Origin: a virus
Taxonomy: Duplodnaviria > Caudoviricetes
DNA: 62,163 bases
Reading direction: 5' to 3' (one strand)
Virus record (IMG/VR): IMGVR_UViG_3300013126_004346
Location: 1 to 62,163 of that record
Shown here: one piece after another, positions 26,853 to 37,118 of the stretch
Layout of the letters: each line of letters begins with the position of its first letter
Position numbering within the stretch: position 1 is the stretch's first letter
The notes under the pieces: model-generated
What the model was told of the DNA's origin: nothing
Databases searched by the model: none
The model's input: the letters and a program-made list of their open reading frames with translations, nothing else
Position numbers and translations under genes: made by a program

Positions 26853-27137
26853 ATGCCAATACCCCAAAGAAAAGACAACGAAAAACAAGGTGATTATATG
26901 GGCCGCTGTATGGAATTCATGAAAGATGAAAAATATCCACAAAAACAAAAAGTCGCAATTTGTTTAAATACTTTTCGTGGACCACAAAAGAAAGCTAAAG
27001 CGGATATTGAGCTAGATATAAATAATCCTGATTTAGAAGTAAAAAATAATTCTAATAAACAAGAAATTCTTGAGGTTGATATTTCTGAAACAGAAGCCTA
27101 TCAAAAAGCATATAAAAGCAAAACAAGAAACATATAA
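26853..27137 (+). CDS. conserved small phage protein
   Basis: MPIPQRKDNEKQGDYMGRCM...QKVAICL; GTGTAA 9 nt upstream. Confidence 0.7.
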   Translation: MPIPQRKDNEKQGDYMGRCMEFMKDEKYPQKQKVAICLNTFRGPQKKAKADIELDINNPDLEVKNNSNKQEILEVDISETEAYQKAYKSKTRNI

Positions 27138-27138
27138 T

Positions 27139-27324
27139 TTAAGATAATTTATTTTTCTGTCTTTTTTCTTCTAAAAATCTTATTATTTTATAATAATCGC
27201 CTTCTTCAATTAAATAGTTTTCTCCAGCGGTTTCAGATCTTTGTAAGATCTCATGAATAAATTCTTCATGAATAATATTGTAATTTTTAAACCAATTATA
27301 ACCTTTGGGATAAAAAGTTTTCAT
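27139..27324 (-). CDS. hypothetical protein
   Basis: 61 aa, abutting its neighbour. Confidence 0.55.
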   Translation of the reverse strand: MKTFYPKGYNWFKNYNIIHEEFIHEILQRSETAGENYLIEEGDYYKIIRFLEEKRQKNKLS

Positions 27325-27516
27325 TTAGGATAAATTATATTTTTTTAAATTTAAATTCGATATTATTTTTTTATGCATAGATAGCCTATTTGTTAACGCC
27401 AGAATGTCTGCTTGATTTGGGGGTATGGTATTTTGCAATTCTTTTATTTTATTTTCGATACCCTCTATTGTTTTTTCTGTTTTAAATATAGAATTATTTA
27501 TTTCTTCTAAATCCAT
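27325..27516 (-). CDS. small coiled-coil protein
   Basis: 63 aa, downstream of TTGACA-17-TATAAT. Confidence 0.6.
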   Translation of the reverse strand: MDLEEINNSIFKTEKTIEGIENKIKELQNTIPPNQADILALTNRLSMHKKIISNLNLKKYNLS

Positions 27517-27523
27517 ATGCTAT

Positions 27524-27590
27524 ATTATATATAATTATTATTAATTTGTCAATTTTAATACTTGATATAATTTTAAATTGATATTATAAT
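27524..27590. promoter_or_regulatory. back-to-back sigma70-type promoters; the rightward one heads the glycan island
   Basis: Minus: TTGACA (27552-47)-17-TATAAT (27529-24). Plus: TTGATA (27562)-17-TATAAT (27585). Confidence 0.7.
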
Positions 27591-27598
27591 ATAGAATT

Positions 27599-28153
27599 AT
27601 GGAAGGCAATAAATATTATGTTGGTCCTGATAAAGAAGCGCAAGAAAGATATGAACTTACTAAAAAATATGAAGCCAATAGTTTAAAACCAGGCTTTAAA
27701 CCTCCATTTGTAAACTTACCAATTACAACAATCAAAGAAAATTATAAAGAAAACGTATTATTAGATGATAAAAATATTAATAACATCAAATATATTGGTT
27801 TAAAATCAGGTGGGTCACTCGGCTGTCATTGGCACAAAGAAAACTTTCATTTTGTTATTTTAATGAAAGGTATATTAAATTATTATGAAAAGCCTTTAGA
27901 AAATACAAAAGGAGTTTTTTTGGATAGAATAAAGATTGGTCAAATGTTTTATATACCACCTATGGTAGAGCATGACATATTTGCTGAAGAAAATGATTCT
28001 CAGTTTTATATTTTTAGCCATAAATCTCTAGAAAAAGAAAAAATCGATACATTCAAATCATCTTATGATATTAAGAATTTTCCTTTAATATCTAGAGAAA
28101 GTACACCTAGCGAAATACAATATATAAAAAGATTTTCATATGAACGTAATTAA
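27599..28153 (+). CDS. cupin-domain protein (sugar epimerase/isomerase-like)
   Basis: GCHWHKE...G and IPPMVEH cupin motifs. Confidence 0.75.
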   Translation: MEGNKYYVGPDKEAQERYELTKKYEANSLKPGFKPPFVNLPITTIKENYKENVLLDDKNINNIKYIGLKSGGSLGCHWHKENFHFVILMKGILNYYEKPLENTKGVFLDRIKIGQMFYIPPMVEHDIFAEENDSQFYIFSHKSLEKEKIDTFKSSYDIKNFPLISRESTPSEIQYIKRFSYERN

Positions 28154-29048
28154 TATTGGCGGACACGGAATAGGAGATTGCATTTTATCTCTACAGATTG
28201 CCCATCTTTTAAATAAAAGACATATACCCACCACCAATCTAATTTCTTCAAGAAACGAAGTATATAAACCATTATGGTATGCATTTGGAAACGTATTAGA
28301 AATTAATAGAATTGATGAAAAATATTCAGATGATAATGCATTATTAAATGAACCAGAATATATAAAAGAATTAAAAATAAAATACGAATCAGATATATTA
28401 ACGTACAATGTACCAGATCTTTTATTTAAAAATCAATTTGCATTTAATTATGAAGAATATGGACTAAATCCTCAGATAATAAAAAAAACAAGACTACTTA
28501 CAAATCATTTTCTTAAAAAAGAAAACATAATTTATTGCGGACTTTCCACGACTACTCCTAATTACTTATATAGAGATATACCGACTTTACTTAAATCATT
28601 AGCCGAACATCTTCCAAATTATACTATATACTTTCCTAAATTATCTAAATGGGACAAAGAGATAGATTATAATTGTAATTTTGATATAAACTATCCATCG
28701 AATGTTTTAATTGAGGAAGATCCAGATTTTCATAAATCATTAGATATTTTATTCAAAAGCAAATATGGAATTTTTACTTGTAATGGCCCAAGCCATATAG
28801 CGTATCATCTCGGAATACCAAGACTCATTCTTGATCCACAATTTAATAAAATTCCATGGATGGCTAGATGGAAAGAAGATTATGAAGAATGCATAAATAT
28901 AGAAACACATTTTAATGACATAAGTAAAATTGTATATAACAACATCAATCATCCAGAAACAACATTAATAGATAGAAAAATTCTGCTACATTTACTAAAA
29001 AATGGATATAATTCTTGGAAAGAAATTTTCCTGCTAAAAGAAAAATGA
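28140..29048 (+). CDS. GT9-like (heptosyltransferase-fold) glycosyltransferase
   Basis: HGIGDCI and TCNGPSHIAYHLGIP. Confidence 0.7.
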   Translation: MNVINIGGHGIGDCILSLQIAHLLNKRHIPTTNLISSRNEVYKPLWYAFGNVLEINRIDEKYSDDNALLNEPEYIKELKIKYESDILTYNVPDLLFKNQFAFNYEEYGLNPQIIKKTRLLTNHFLKKENIIYCGLSTTTPNYLYRDIPTLLKSLAEHLPNYTIYFPKLSKWDKEIDYNCNFDINYPSNVLIEEDPDFHKSLDILFKSKYGIFTCNGPSHIAYHLGIPRLILDPQFNKIPWMARWKEDYEECINIETHFNDISKIVYNNINHPETTLIDRKILLHLLKNGYNSWKEIFLLKEK

Positions 29049-29995
29049 ATAAAATTTTAATTATTGGAGGTTGTGGATATGCTGGTAGTGCACTTTTTAA
29101 TTTTTTAAAAGATAAAAATTACGAAGTTACATCAGTAGATCTAGAGCTTTTTGGAAATCCAGGTATATCAAATTTAAAAGAAAATTATAAAAACTTAACA
29201 AAAGAATATTTATCGAATTTTACAGATGTTATTTTATTTGCCGGACATTCTAGCGTAAAGATGTGCGAAACTAATATGATGGGAGCATTTAAAAATAATG
29301 TTCAATATTTTTTAGAACTTACGGAGAAAATATCTATAAATCAAAAATTTATTTATGCTAGTAGTTCTAGCGTTTATGGAAACGTTAACAGAAATATAGT
29401 TACAGAGGAATGTGAAGAATATGTAGCTGGAAGTTTTTATGATTTATCTAAAGCTGAAATAGATCATTATATGAAAATTTCAGACAAAATAAATTACTAT
29501 GGTTTAAGATTTGGAACAATTAATGGATATGCTCCAAACATTAGGAACGACGTAATGATAAACGCTATGGCTTTTTCCGCAATTAAAAATAAAGAAATTA
29601 AAGTATTTAATCCAATGATAAGAAGACCAATTTTGTATATAAAAGATTTATGCAGAGCAGTGGAAACGATTATATTGAATGGAAATTTTCAAACCAGAGG
29701 AATTTACAACTTAGCTTCTTTTAATTCGACACCAGATATAATTGGTAGAAAAACGGCAGAAGTTTTTGAAAATATAAAATTAAGTATATTCGAGAGGAAT
29801 CCAACACCCGAAGAATCTATTAATAAAAAATTAGTTTCCAAAGCTTATGATTTTGCAATATCTTCAGATAAATTTATTTCAACATTTGATTTTATTTTTG
29901 AAGGGACAATAAAAGACATCGCCTTAGAATTAAAAGAAAAAGAGGCAGAAATTATTATCTCAAACAATAGAAATAAAGAGAATATTTTAATATGA
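29045..29995 (+). CDS. NAD-dependent epimerase/dehydratase
   Basis: GGCGYAG, ASSSSVYG, YDLSK, LRFGT. Confidence 0.9.
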   Translation: MNKILIIGGCGYAGSALFNFLKDKNYEVTSVDLELFGNPGISNLKENYKNLTKEYLSNFTDVILFAGHSSVKMCETNMMGAFKNNVQYFLELTEKISINQKFIYASSSSVYGNVNRNIVTEECEEYVAGSFYDLSKAEIDHYMKISDKINYYGLRFGTINGYAPNIRNDVMINAMAFSAIKNKEIKVFNPMIRRPILYIKDLCRAVETIILNGNFQTRGIYNLASFNSTPDIIGRKTAEVFENIKLSIFERNPTPEESINKKLVSKAYDFAISSDKFISTFDFIFEGTIKDIALELKEKEAEIIISNNRNKENILI

Positions 29996-30771
29996 GAATA
30001 GGAATTACCACAATTGGATATGAATCAAAAGATCTATTGAATAGATGTTTTGTGGCTTGGAATGAAATTAAAAAAAATAAAAGCTTAATACCTAATTTAG
30101 AAGATCTAAGAATATGCTTTGCTCATGGATGCTTTGAGGAAACTTACAAATTAGGATTTCCGATATATTCAGTAGACAATACGCACGAGATTGCCAAAAA
30201 AATGAAAGAGGAAGAAATAATTGATGATTTAATTATATATGATACTCCTCAAAAAGAATATGTCATGTGGACAAACAATTTATTAAAACTAAAAGAATCA
30301 AATATAGATTTACTTATAATGGTTAATATAGACGAAATATGGACCGTCGAAGAAGTGCAAAAATTAATTAATTATATAAACAATAATGACCTTGTTGATT
30401 ATTTTAAAATTAATTTTAAAAATTATTGTATAGATTATGAAACTTGGGTAGATGATTTTATTGTGCCGAGGGCTTGGTTCGTTAATAAGAATAAAGGTTT
30501 AAAAAGATTTTATCAAGACGAATTAGTGGAATATGAAGATGGGACGAAAGACATAAACAGAGCGAATTTAATTGTCCCTAAAAATTTAATTTTTCCAAAA
30601 CACTATAGTTGGGTAGGAACAAAAGAATATTTAAAAAGAAAATTAGATTTTCAACAATTAAGATTTGGAATTTGCTCTTATTCTTGGGATGAAAATAATG
30701 ATAAACTCCAATTGAACCAAGATTTTTATACTAGGTTCAACGTACCAAAACCAATTTTAAATAAGGACTAA
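29992..30771 (+). CDS. GT-A fold glycosyltransferase-like protein
   Basis: MVNIDEIW (DxD-like), KHYSW. Confidence 0.6.
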   Translation: MRIGITTIGYESKDLLNRCFVAWNEIKKNKSLIPNLEDLRICFAHGCFEETYKLGFPIYSVDNTHEIAKKMKEEEIIDDLIIYDTPQKEYVMWTNNLLKLKESNIDLLIMVNIDEIWTVEEVQKLINYINNNDLVDYFKINFKNYCIDYETWVDDFIVPRAWFVNKNKGLKRFYQDELVEYEDGTKDINRANLIVPKNLIFPKHYSWVGTKEYLKRKLDFQQLRFGICSYSWDENNDKLQLNQDFYTRFNVPKPILNKD

Positions 30772-30774
30772 TAT

Positions 30775-32013
30775 ATGAAAGATGTAATACAAATAACTCA
30801 ATGTAGGCTTTGTAAAAGCTCAGAAATTAAAACAATACTTCCTTTTGGAGAGGTTGCCCTTGCCAACTCATATCCAGAAAATCAAAATGAAAGCGAAGAT
30901 TTATTTCCACTAACTTTAATGAAGTGCGCAGAATGTGGACATATTCAGTTAAAAGAAACGATAAACCCTGATAGATTATTTTTAAATTATCTTTATTCAA
31001 GCTCAGATTCGCCAGCTTTGGTGAAACATTTTAATGAATATGCAAATGATATAAAAAATAGATTTAACTCCGAAAAAAAAGTAACAATTCTAGACATAGG
31101 ATCAAATGATGGAATCCTTTTAAAGGAATTTGAAAATATTGAATTTGGAAATTTAATTGGAATTGATCCTGCAAAAAATATTTCTGAAAGAGCTAAATCA
31201 ATAAAAAATGCCACGATCATAACTGATTTTTTTAATTTAGAAAGTTCTGAAAAAATTAAGTCTAAATTTGGACCAATAAATATTATTTGCGCTAATAATG
31301 TATTTGCTCACGTAGACAAACTAGAAAGCATGATTGAAGGAATAGCAAACTGCATAGATCAAGATGGTGTATTTGTTTTTGAAAACGCTTATTTATTAGA
31401 TACAATTAAAGGATTATATTTTGATCAAGCTTATCATGAGCATTTACAATACTACGGCATAATCCCGCTGGTAAAATTTTTAAGAAAATACGGATTAGAA
31501 ATTTTTGATATAAAAAGGGTTAACACGCAAGGCGGATCATTTAGAATTTTTACCAAAAAAATAAACAGCCAAAAGCATCAAATTACAAAAAATGTTCAAG
31601 ATTTTATCGAAAAAGAAAACGAGTTTGGCCTATACGAAGATCAAACATATATTGATTTTTCTGAAAAATTGAGCAAACTAAAATTTGATTTACAATCATT
31701 AATAAAAAAAATAATTAATGAAAATAAAACAATATGCTGCTACGGATGTCCAGCAAAATTTGCGTTATTCTCTAAATTCTTTGAATTAGAAAATGACATA
31801 ATAAAATATGTAGTAGATGATTCTTCTTTAAAACAAGGAAGATTTTCTCCAGGAAAAAAAATTCCTATAGTAAGCAAAAAACATTTTTACGACAATCCAA
31901 CGGACTATTGCATTATTTCCGTATGGAATATGGCCGAATCAATTATAAAAAATAATGAACAATATAAAGGTAAATTTATAATACCCATGCCAACCTTGAA
32001 AGTAATAGAATGA
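30775..32013 (+). CDS. NDP-sugar C-methyltransferase (zinc ribbon + SAM + C-terminal domain)
   Basis: CRLC...CAECGHIQL, DIGSNDG, NVFAH, YHEHLQY, YGCPAK. Confidence 0.9.
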   Translation: MKDVIQITQCRLCKSSEIKTILPFGEVALANSYPENQNESEDLFPLTLMKCAECGHIQLKETINPDRLFLNYLYSSSDSPALVKHFNEYANDIKNRFNSEKKVTILDIGSNDGILLKEFENIEFGNLIGIDPAKNISERAKSIKNATIITDFFNLESSEKIKSKFGPINIICANNVFAHVDKLESMIEGIANCIDQDGVFVFENAYLLDTIKGLYFDQAYHEHLQYYGIIPLVKFLRKYGLEIFDIKRVNTQGGSFRIFTKKINSQKHQITKNVQDFIEKENEFGLYEDQTYIDFSEKLSKLKFDLQSLIKKIINENKTICCYGCPAKFALFSKFFELENDIIKYVVDDSSLKQGRFSPGKKIPIVSKKHFYDNPTDYCIISVWNMAESIIKNNEQYKGKFIIPMPTLKVIE

Positions 32014-32879
32014 AAATCTTTGACGCATTTTGTTTTAATAATGAACTTGACCTATTAGAATTAAGATTAAATATTCTTAATGATATTGTTGATTATTTTG
32101 TAATAGTTGAAAGCGAAAGCAATTTTTATGGTCAAGAAAAACTATGTTATTTTATTGAAAACAAAGATCGATTCGATAAATTTAAAGAAAAAATTATTAG
32201 TATAAAATTACCTAAATATAACTTTGGAAATCCATTAATAAATGATGCATTTCAAAAAAATATGTCTTTTAAAAGCGTAGCTCATTTAATGACCGATGAG
32301 GATATATTCATGTATTCGGATGCAGACGAAATACCAAATCCGAAAGCTATTGAAGAAAACAAAACAAATTTATTTAAACCAATAAGATTTAAACAAAATT
32401 TTCATAATTATTATATCAATGTTTTAGTTAAAAAACCGATTGTTTGGCACGGCACAATAATGGCTACTAAAAGATCTTTAGAGCAAATATATTTAAAATA
32501 TTATAATCCAAATAATGAATATCAACTTTTAGCAAATTTAAATTATGGAATTTTTAGTCTAAGGCTTGATGGAGACAAAGATCAGTGGAATTTAGTTAGA
32601 GTTGTAGAAAATGGCGGATGGCACTATACCTATTTAGTTCCAAGAGAAAATCCAACCGAATTTATTTTAAATAAATTAAAAAATCATAGCCATGTAGAAT
32701 TATCAAATGATAATACAGCCAACGTAAATAATGTAGAAAACGCTCTAAAAAACCTTTCTAGCATAAATGCGACAACCATGCCTTGGGGACTAGAAAAAAT
32801 AGACTTAAACGAAACAAATACTCATCAATTCTTGTTAAATAATATTGACAAATATAGATATTTATTATACAATTCATAA
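32010..32879 (+). CDS. GT17-like glycosyltransferase
   Basis: FNNELDLLELRL..L.D.VDYFVIVES, SDADEIP, GGWHY. Confidence 0.85.
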   Translation: MKIFDAFCFNNELDLLELRLNILNDIVDYFVIVESESNFYGQEKLCYFIENKDRFDKFKEKIISIKLPKYNFGNPLINDAFQKNMSFKSVAHLMTDEDIFMYSDADEIPNPKAIEENKTNLFKPIRFKQNFHNYYINVLVKKPIVWHGTIMATKRSLEQIYLKYYNPNNEYQLLANLNYGIFSLRLDGDKDQWNLVRVVENGGWHYTYLVPRENPTEFILNKLKNHSHVELSNDNTANVNNVENALKNLSSINATTMPWGLEKIDLNETNTHQFLLNNIDKYRYLLYNS

Positions 32880-32888
32880 TTGTATATA

Positions 32889-33803
32889 ATGAATATAGCT
32901 TTTTATATTATAACATATAATCGACCAAATATTTTAGCTCAATCAATTAGAACGGCTATTAATAATACCTCTGTAAAACCTAATGAAATTTGGATAATAG
33001 ACGATGGATCTACTCCAGATCTAAAAAGCGCACTCTTAAATTATAGCATAGAAAATTCAAGTAAAATACCAGTTAATTTATTAATTCATGGAGTTAATCT
33101 TGGTATAGGATATTCCTTTGAAAGAGTTTATAGTCTTATAAATCAAAATGAAGATTTAGATATTGCATGCATAATAGAATCAGACTATATATGGAGAAAA
33201 GATTGGTTAAAAGATGTTTTAGATATTTTCGAAAGTCAACAAAATTGCATAGCAATTGCTGGTGCGGATCATCCAGATATGCACGACAGATCTAAGACCC
33301 ATAGAATTTTTCCAGAAATAATGAAAGATTTTTTTGGAGAAGATTTAAAGTCTAGAGAATATTTATATAAACCATTTTTTATAGACACAAATTCCGGTAA
33401 GATAGAAGTTCAAGGAGTTAGTAATTCTTGTGGGTGTTCAATTTTAAATTGGAAAAGATTAAAACGCGCAATAAATTATTTGGAGACAAATGGTAAAGTT
33501 CCGATTAATGATTTTTGGAAAAGAATGGATAAAGGATTTCATAAAAATGTCCCAAACAATACGAGAAAACAAGCTTCGGACGGATGGATGAGCACAACGA
33601 TTTCAAAGTATGGAGAAATGTACTTGGAATCTATAGGAATAGATATTACAAAAAATTTTCCATTCCTAAGCATTTGTGATTATAGCATATCTGAACATAT
33701 TTGCGGAGGAGGAGTTAATGGCTATGTGGCTCCAGAAGGAGCTACATTTATTCGTTCTCCGAAATGGAATAATCAATATTTAGATAAAAACCCAAGGAAT
33801 TAA
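32889..33803 (+). CDS. GT2-family glycosyltransferase
   Basis: ITYNRP, IIDDGS, IESDY. Confidence 0.8.
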   Translation: MNIAFYIITYNRPNILAQSIRTAINNTSVKPNEIWIIDDGSTPDLKSALLNYSIENSSKIPVNLLIHGVNLGIGYSFERVYSLINQNEDLDIACIIESDYIWRKDWLKDVLDIFESQQNCIAIAGADHPDMHDRSKTHRIFPEIMKDFFGEDLKSREYLYKPFFIDTNSGKIEVQGVSNSCGCSILNWKRLKRAINYLETNGKVPINDFWKRMDKGFHKNVPNNTRKQASDGWMSTTISKYGEMYLESIGIDITKNFPFLSICDYSISEHICGGGVNGYVAPEGATFIRSPKWNNQYLDKNPRN

Positions 33804-33806
33804 TAT

Positions 33807-35198
33807 ATGAAAACACAAAAAATAATTATTACTGGTGGCCTAGGATATATTGGTACGGAATTATGTAAATTATATTCAGGTGAAACAAGATTTAAAAATA
33901 TTATAGTGACAGATAACAGATTTATATCTGAAAGAGTAAGACAATTAAGAGATTGGGGTTTTAATTTTATTCAAGGAAATATTTTAGATGAAAAATTTAC
34001 AGAAAGCTTGATTAAAGACGCAGACATCGTTTATCATTTAGCTGGAGTAACAGATGTAGCATATGTAAAAACTGAAGAAACTCCAGAAAAAGATGAACAA
34101 ATAAAAAAAACGGCAATAGAGGGAACCAGTAATATTTTAAAATTTTTATCTAATGACGCAAAGATAGTTTTTCCTTCAACACATGTTGTTTTTGAAGGCT
34201 ATGAAAAAACAATGTTTGATCTTAAGGAGGAAGCAGAAACTAAACCCGTTTTGACTTATGCTAAATGCAAAGTAAAAAATGAAGAGGATATTAAAAATTC
34301 AAATAAAAATTATATTATTTTAAGGCTTGGTTCAGTTTACGGTTATTCTACAGATACTATGCGAATAAATATTATGCCTAATTTATTTTCAAAAATGGCA
34401 TCACAAAATCAATCAATTAAATTATTTTCTGGAGGAGTTCAAAGAAAAAGTTTGGTTTCCGTTTTAGACGTTGCCAGATGTTTTAAATTTATGGGCGAAG
34501 CATTTATAAAAAATGAAATCTTTCACTTAAGCAACGAAAATGCTACAGTAAAAGAAGTAGCGGAAATTTGCAAAAAATATAGCCCAAAGTTGAGCATAAT
34601 TGAAACAAATGATCCAATTCCAAATTTTGGATATACATTATGCAATAAAAAACTTTTATCTACAGGATTTAAGTTTTTATATAATTTAGAAAATTCTATT
34701 AAAGAAATGATTGAAAATTGGTCGCCAAGAAATATTAACTCTAATTTAGAATTTATAATTCGTGGGGAAAAAGAATTTATAGATGAAAGAGGAAAAATAA
34801 GTAATTATGAACTTACGGAACCAATTAATTTAATTGGATATATTGAATCTAAAGCAGAAACAATAAGAGCAAATCATTATCATCCAATACAAGAGCAAAA
34901 ATGTTTGTTAATAAAAGGAAAGTATATAAGCGTGACAAAAGATTTATCTTATAAAAATGGAGAAATAGAGATTAGAGTTATAAAACCAGGAGATATAGCG
35001 GTTATAAAACCAAACGTTGCCCACGCGATGGTCTTTACTGAAGATTCAATTTTTCTAAATTTAGTTCGAGGAGAAAGAGAACACGAAAATTATGGAGTAA
35101 CCCACACAATTCCATATTTATTGGTAAATGAATCATTTAAAGAATATCTATTAAATGATAGAATCGAGAATAATAAGATTCAATCTTGGATAAAATGA
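33807..35198 (+). CDS. NAD-dependent epimerase/reductase fused to a C-terminal cupin
   Basis: TGGLGYIG, YAKCK, LRLGSVYG, then DERG..RANHYH..QKC...AHAM. Confidence 0.88.
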   Translation: MKTQKIIITGGLGYIGTELCKLYSGETRFKNIIVTDNRFISERVRQLRDWGFNFIQGNILDEKFTESLIKDADIVYHLAGVTDVAYVKTEETPEKDEQIKKTAIEGTSNILKFLSNDAKIVFPSTHVVFEGYEKTMFDLKEEAETKPVLTYAKCKVKNEEDIKNSNKNYIILRLGSVYGYSTDTMRINIMPNLFSKMASQNQSIKLFSGGVQRKSLVSVLDVARCFKFMGEAFIKNEIFHLSNENATVKEVAEICKKYSPKLSIIETNDPIPNFGYTLCNKKLLSTGFKFLYNLENSIKEMIENWSPRNINSNLEFIIRGEKEFIDERGKISNYELTEPINLIGYIESKAETIRANHYHPIQEQKCLLIKGKYISVTKDLSYKNGEIEIRVIKPGDIAVIKPNVAHAMVFTEDSIFLNLVRGEREHENYGVTHTIPYLLVNESFKEYLLNDRIENNKIQSWIK

Positions 35199-36466
35199 AT
35201 ATTAAATATAGACAAACATGTAGAATTTGCGGAAACCCAAACTTAACAGAAATAATCGATTTGGGATATCAACACCTTCAAGGCTCTTTTCTAAAGCAGG
35301 GCAAAGGACAAACATCTTTGAGAAAGATACCCAATAAAATTGTAAGATGTGATGTTTCTAAAAAAGAAAACGCTTGTGGTTTAGTTCAAACCGCACACAC
35401 AATACCTCCAAAAATAATGTATTCAAATTATTGGTACGAATCTAATATCAGCCAGACAATGAGAGATCATTTAAAAAATATTACTGAAAAAGCATTAAAG
35501 ATTATACCTAATCCTAAAAAAGTTTTAGATATAGCGATGAACGACGGAACTCTTCTATTAAATTATAAAGAAGGAATTGAATTATATGGAGTAGATCCTT
35601 CGGATATAACAACTAAAGTCAAACAGAAATATACAAATATTAAAATTTATAATGATTTATTTCCTTGCGCAGAAATGGAAAAGGATAAATTAGAAAAAAG
35701 TTTTGATATAATTACTTCAATTGCTTGCTTCTACGATTTAGACGATCCTTTGGATTTTTGTTTAAACGTAAATAAGTTTCTTTCAGATGATGGAATTTGG
35801 ATTTTCGAAATGGCATATTTACCATTTATAATAGACAATCTATGTTATGACACATTTTGCAGCGAACACTTAGAGCATTATCATTTAGCGCCAGTTGAAT
35901 ACTTATTAGATAAAGCTGGATTAAGATTAATATATGCTGAACTAAACGACATAAACGGAGGAAGCATATGCTGTTATGCTGTTAAAAAATCTAATTTTAA
36001 ATATGACTCCGAAGATAAAACTAAAGCATTGATGAATTTAAGATTTAAGGAATTTGACTTAGCTTTAGACGAATCAAAAATCTACGAAGATTTTAAAAAT
36101 AGAATAGTAGCGCAAAAATATGAACTTGTTAAATTTTTTAATGAAGAAGTAATCAAGAATAAAAAAACGGTTCATTTGTATGGAGCATCAACAAAAGTAA
36201 ACACTTTACTAGGATATTGTTTTGGCGATGATATATTAAAATATATTCAATATGCAGCAGAAAGAAGCGAAGAAAAATTCGGATCTAAAACATTAAGTGG
36301 CATAGAAATAATATCTGAAAAAGAAAGCAGAAAACTTGAACCCGACTATTATTTAGTTGGGCCATGGCACTTTAAAAGAGAAATATTGAATAGAGAAAAA
36401 GAGGCTTTGGTACAAGGTATAAAGTTTATTTTTCCTTTACCAAAATTTGAAGTAATAGGCCAATAA
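35195..36466 (+). CDS. second NDP-sugar C-methyltransferase
   Basis: CRICG, DIAMNDG, SIACFYD, EHLEHY, YGASTK, PWHF. Confidence 0.88.
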   Translation: MNIKYRQTCRICGNPNLTEIIDLGYQHLQGSFLKQGKGQTSLRKIPNKIVRCDVSKKENACGLVQTAHTIPPKIMYSNYWYESNISQTMRDHLKNITEKALKIIPNPKKVLDIAMNDGTLLLNYKEGIELYGVDPSDITTKVKQKYTNIKIYNDLFPCAEMEKDKLEKSFDIITSIACFYDLDDPLDFCLNVNKFLSDDGIWIFEMAYLPFIIDNLCYDTFCSEHLEHYHLAPVEYLLDKAGLRLIYAELNDINGGSICCYAVKKSNFKYDSEDKTKALMNLRFKEFDLALDESKIYEDFKNRIVAQKYELVKFFNEEVIKNKKTVHLYGASTKVNTLLGYCFGDDILKYIQYAAERSEEKFGSKTLSGIEIISEKESRKLEPDYYLVGPWHFKREILNREKEALVQGIKFIFPLPKFEVIGQ

Positions 36467-36470
36467 AACA

Positions 36471-37118
36471 ATGGCAATTTCGCAACAAGATTTATTTGTA
36501 AATTTACTGCTTCCAAATAAAAATGGATTTTTTTTAGATATTGGCGCAGGAGATGGAGAATCTCAACCTTGTCAAACTAATACCGCTTGGCTAGAAGAAT
36601 TAGGGTGGAAAGGCATATTATTAGAATATGAAAAAAAATATTGTGATCATGCAAAAAAATTTAGAAAAAATTCTATAGTTGTTCAAGGTGACGCATATGC
36701 TATAGATTATAGAAATATGTTTAGATCTTTTAATGCGCCAACAGCGATAGATTATCTTTCAGTTGATATTGATCCATGGTATTCACAAATTGCAAATGTA
36801 CAAATACTGAGTTTTCTTCCTTGGAGAGAATACGATTTTAAAATTATAACAATAGAACATGATTTATATAATACGGAAGTAGGAAAATTTCAAAAACCAG
36901 CTTTAGCAAATTTTTTTAAAAATGAAATTTTAAAAGATTATAAGATAATTGCGGAAGACGTTGGACTAGTATATGATGGAAAAAAATATCTAGAAGATTG
37001 GTTTATAAATATAAAATATATTAAAGAGTTTAATATTAAAAATATAGAAAACTTATATTATTTAAAAGAAAATCCAAATAATATTATTATGGATCTATGT
37101 AAAAAACAAATAAAATGA
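36471..37118 (+). CDS. FkbM-family methyltransferase
   Basis: SQQD, GFFLDIGAGDG, TNT..LE..GWKGILLE, IDYLSVD. Confidence 0.82.
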   Translation: MAISQQDLFVNLLLPNKNGFFLDIGAGDGESQPCQTNTAWLEELGWKGILLEYEKKYCDHAKKFRKNSIVVQGDAYAIDYRNMFRSFNAPTAIDYLSVDIDPWYSQIANVQILSFLPWREYDFKIITIEHDLYNTEVGKFQKPALANFFKNEILKDYKIIAEDVGLVYDGKKYLEDWFINIKYIKEFNIKNIENLYYLKENPNNIIMDLCKKQIK

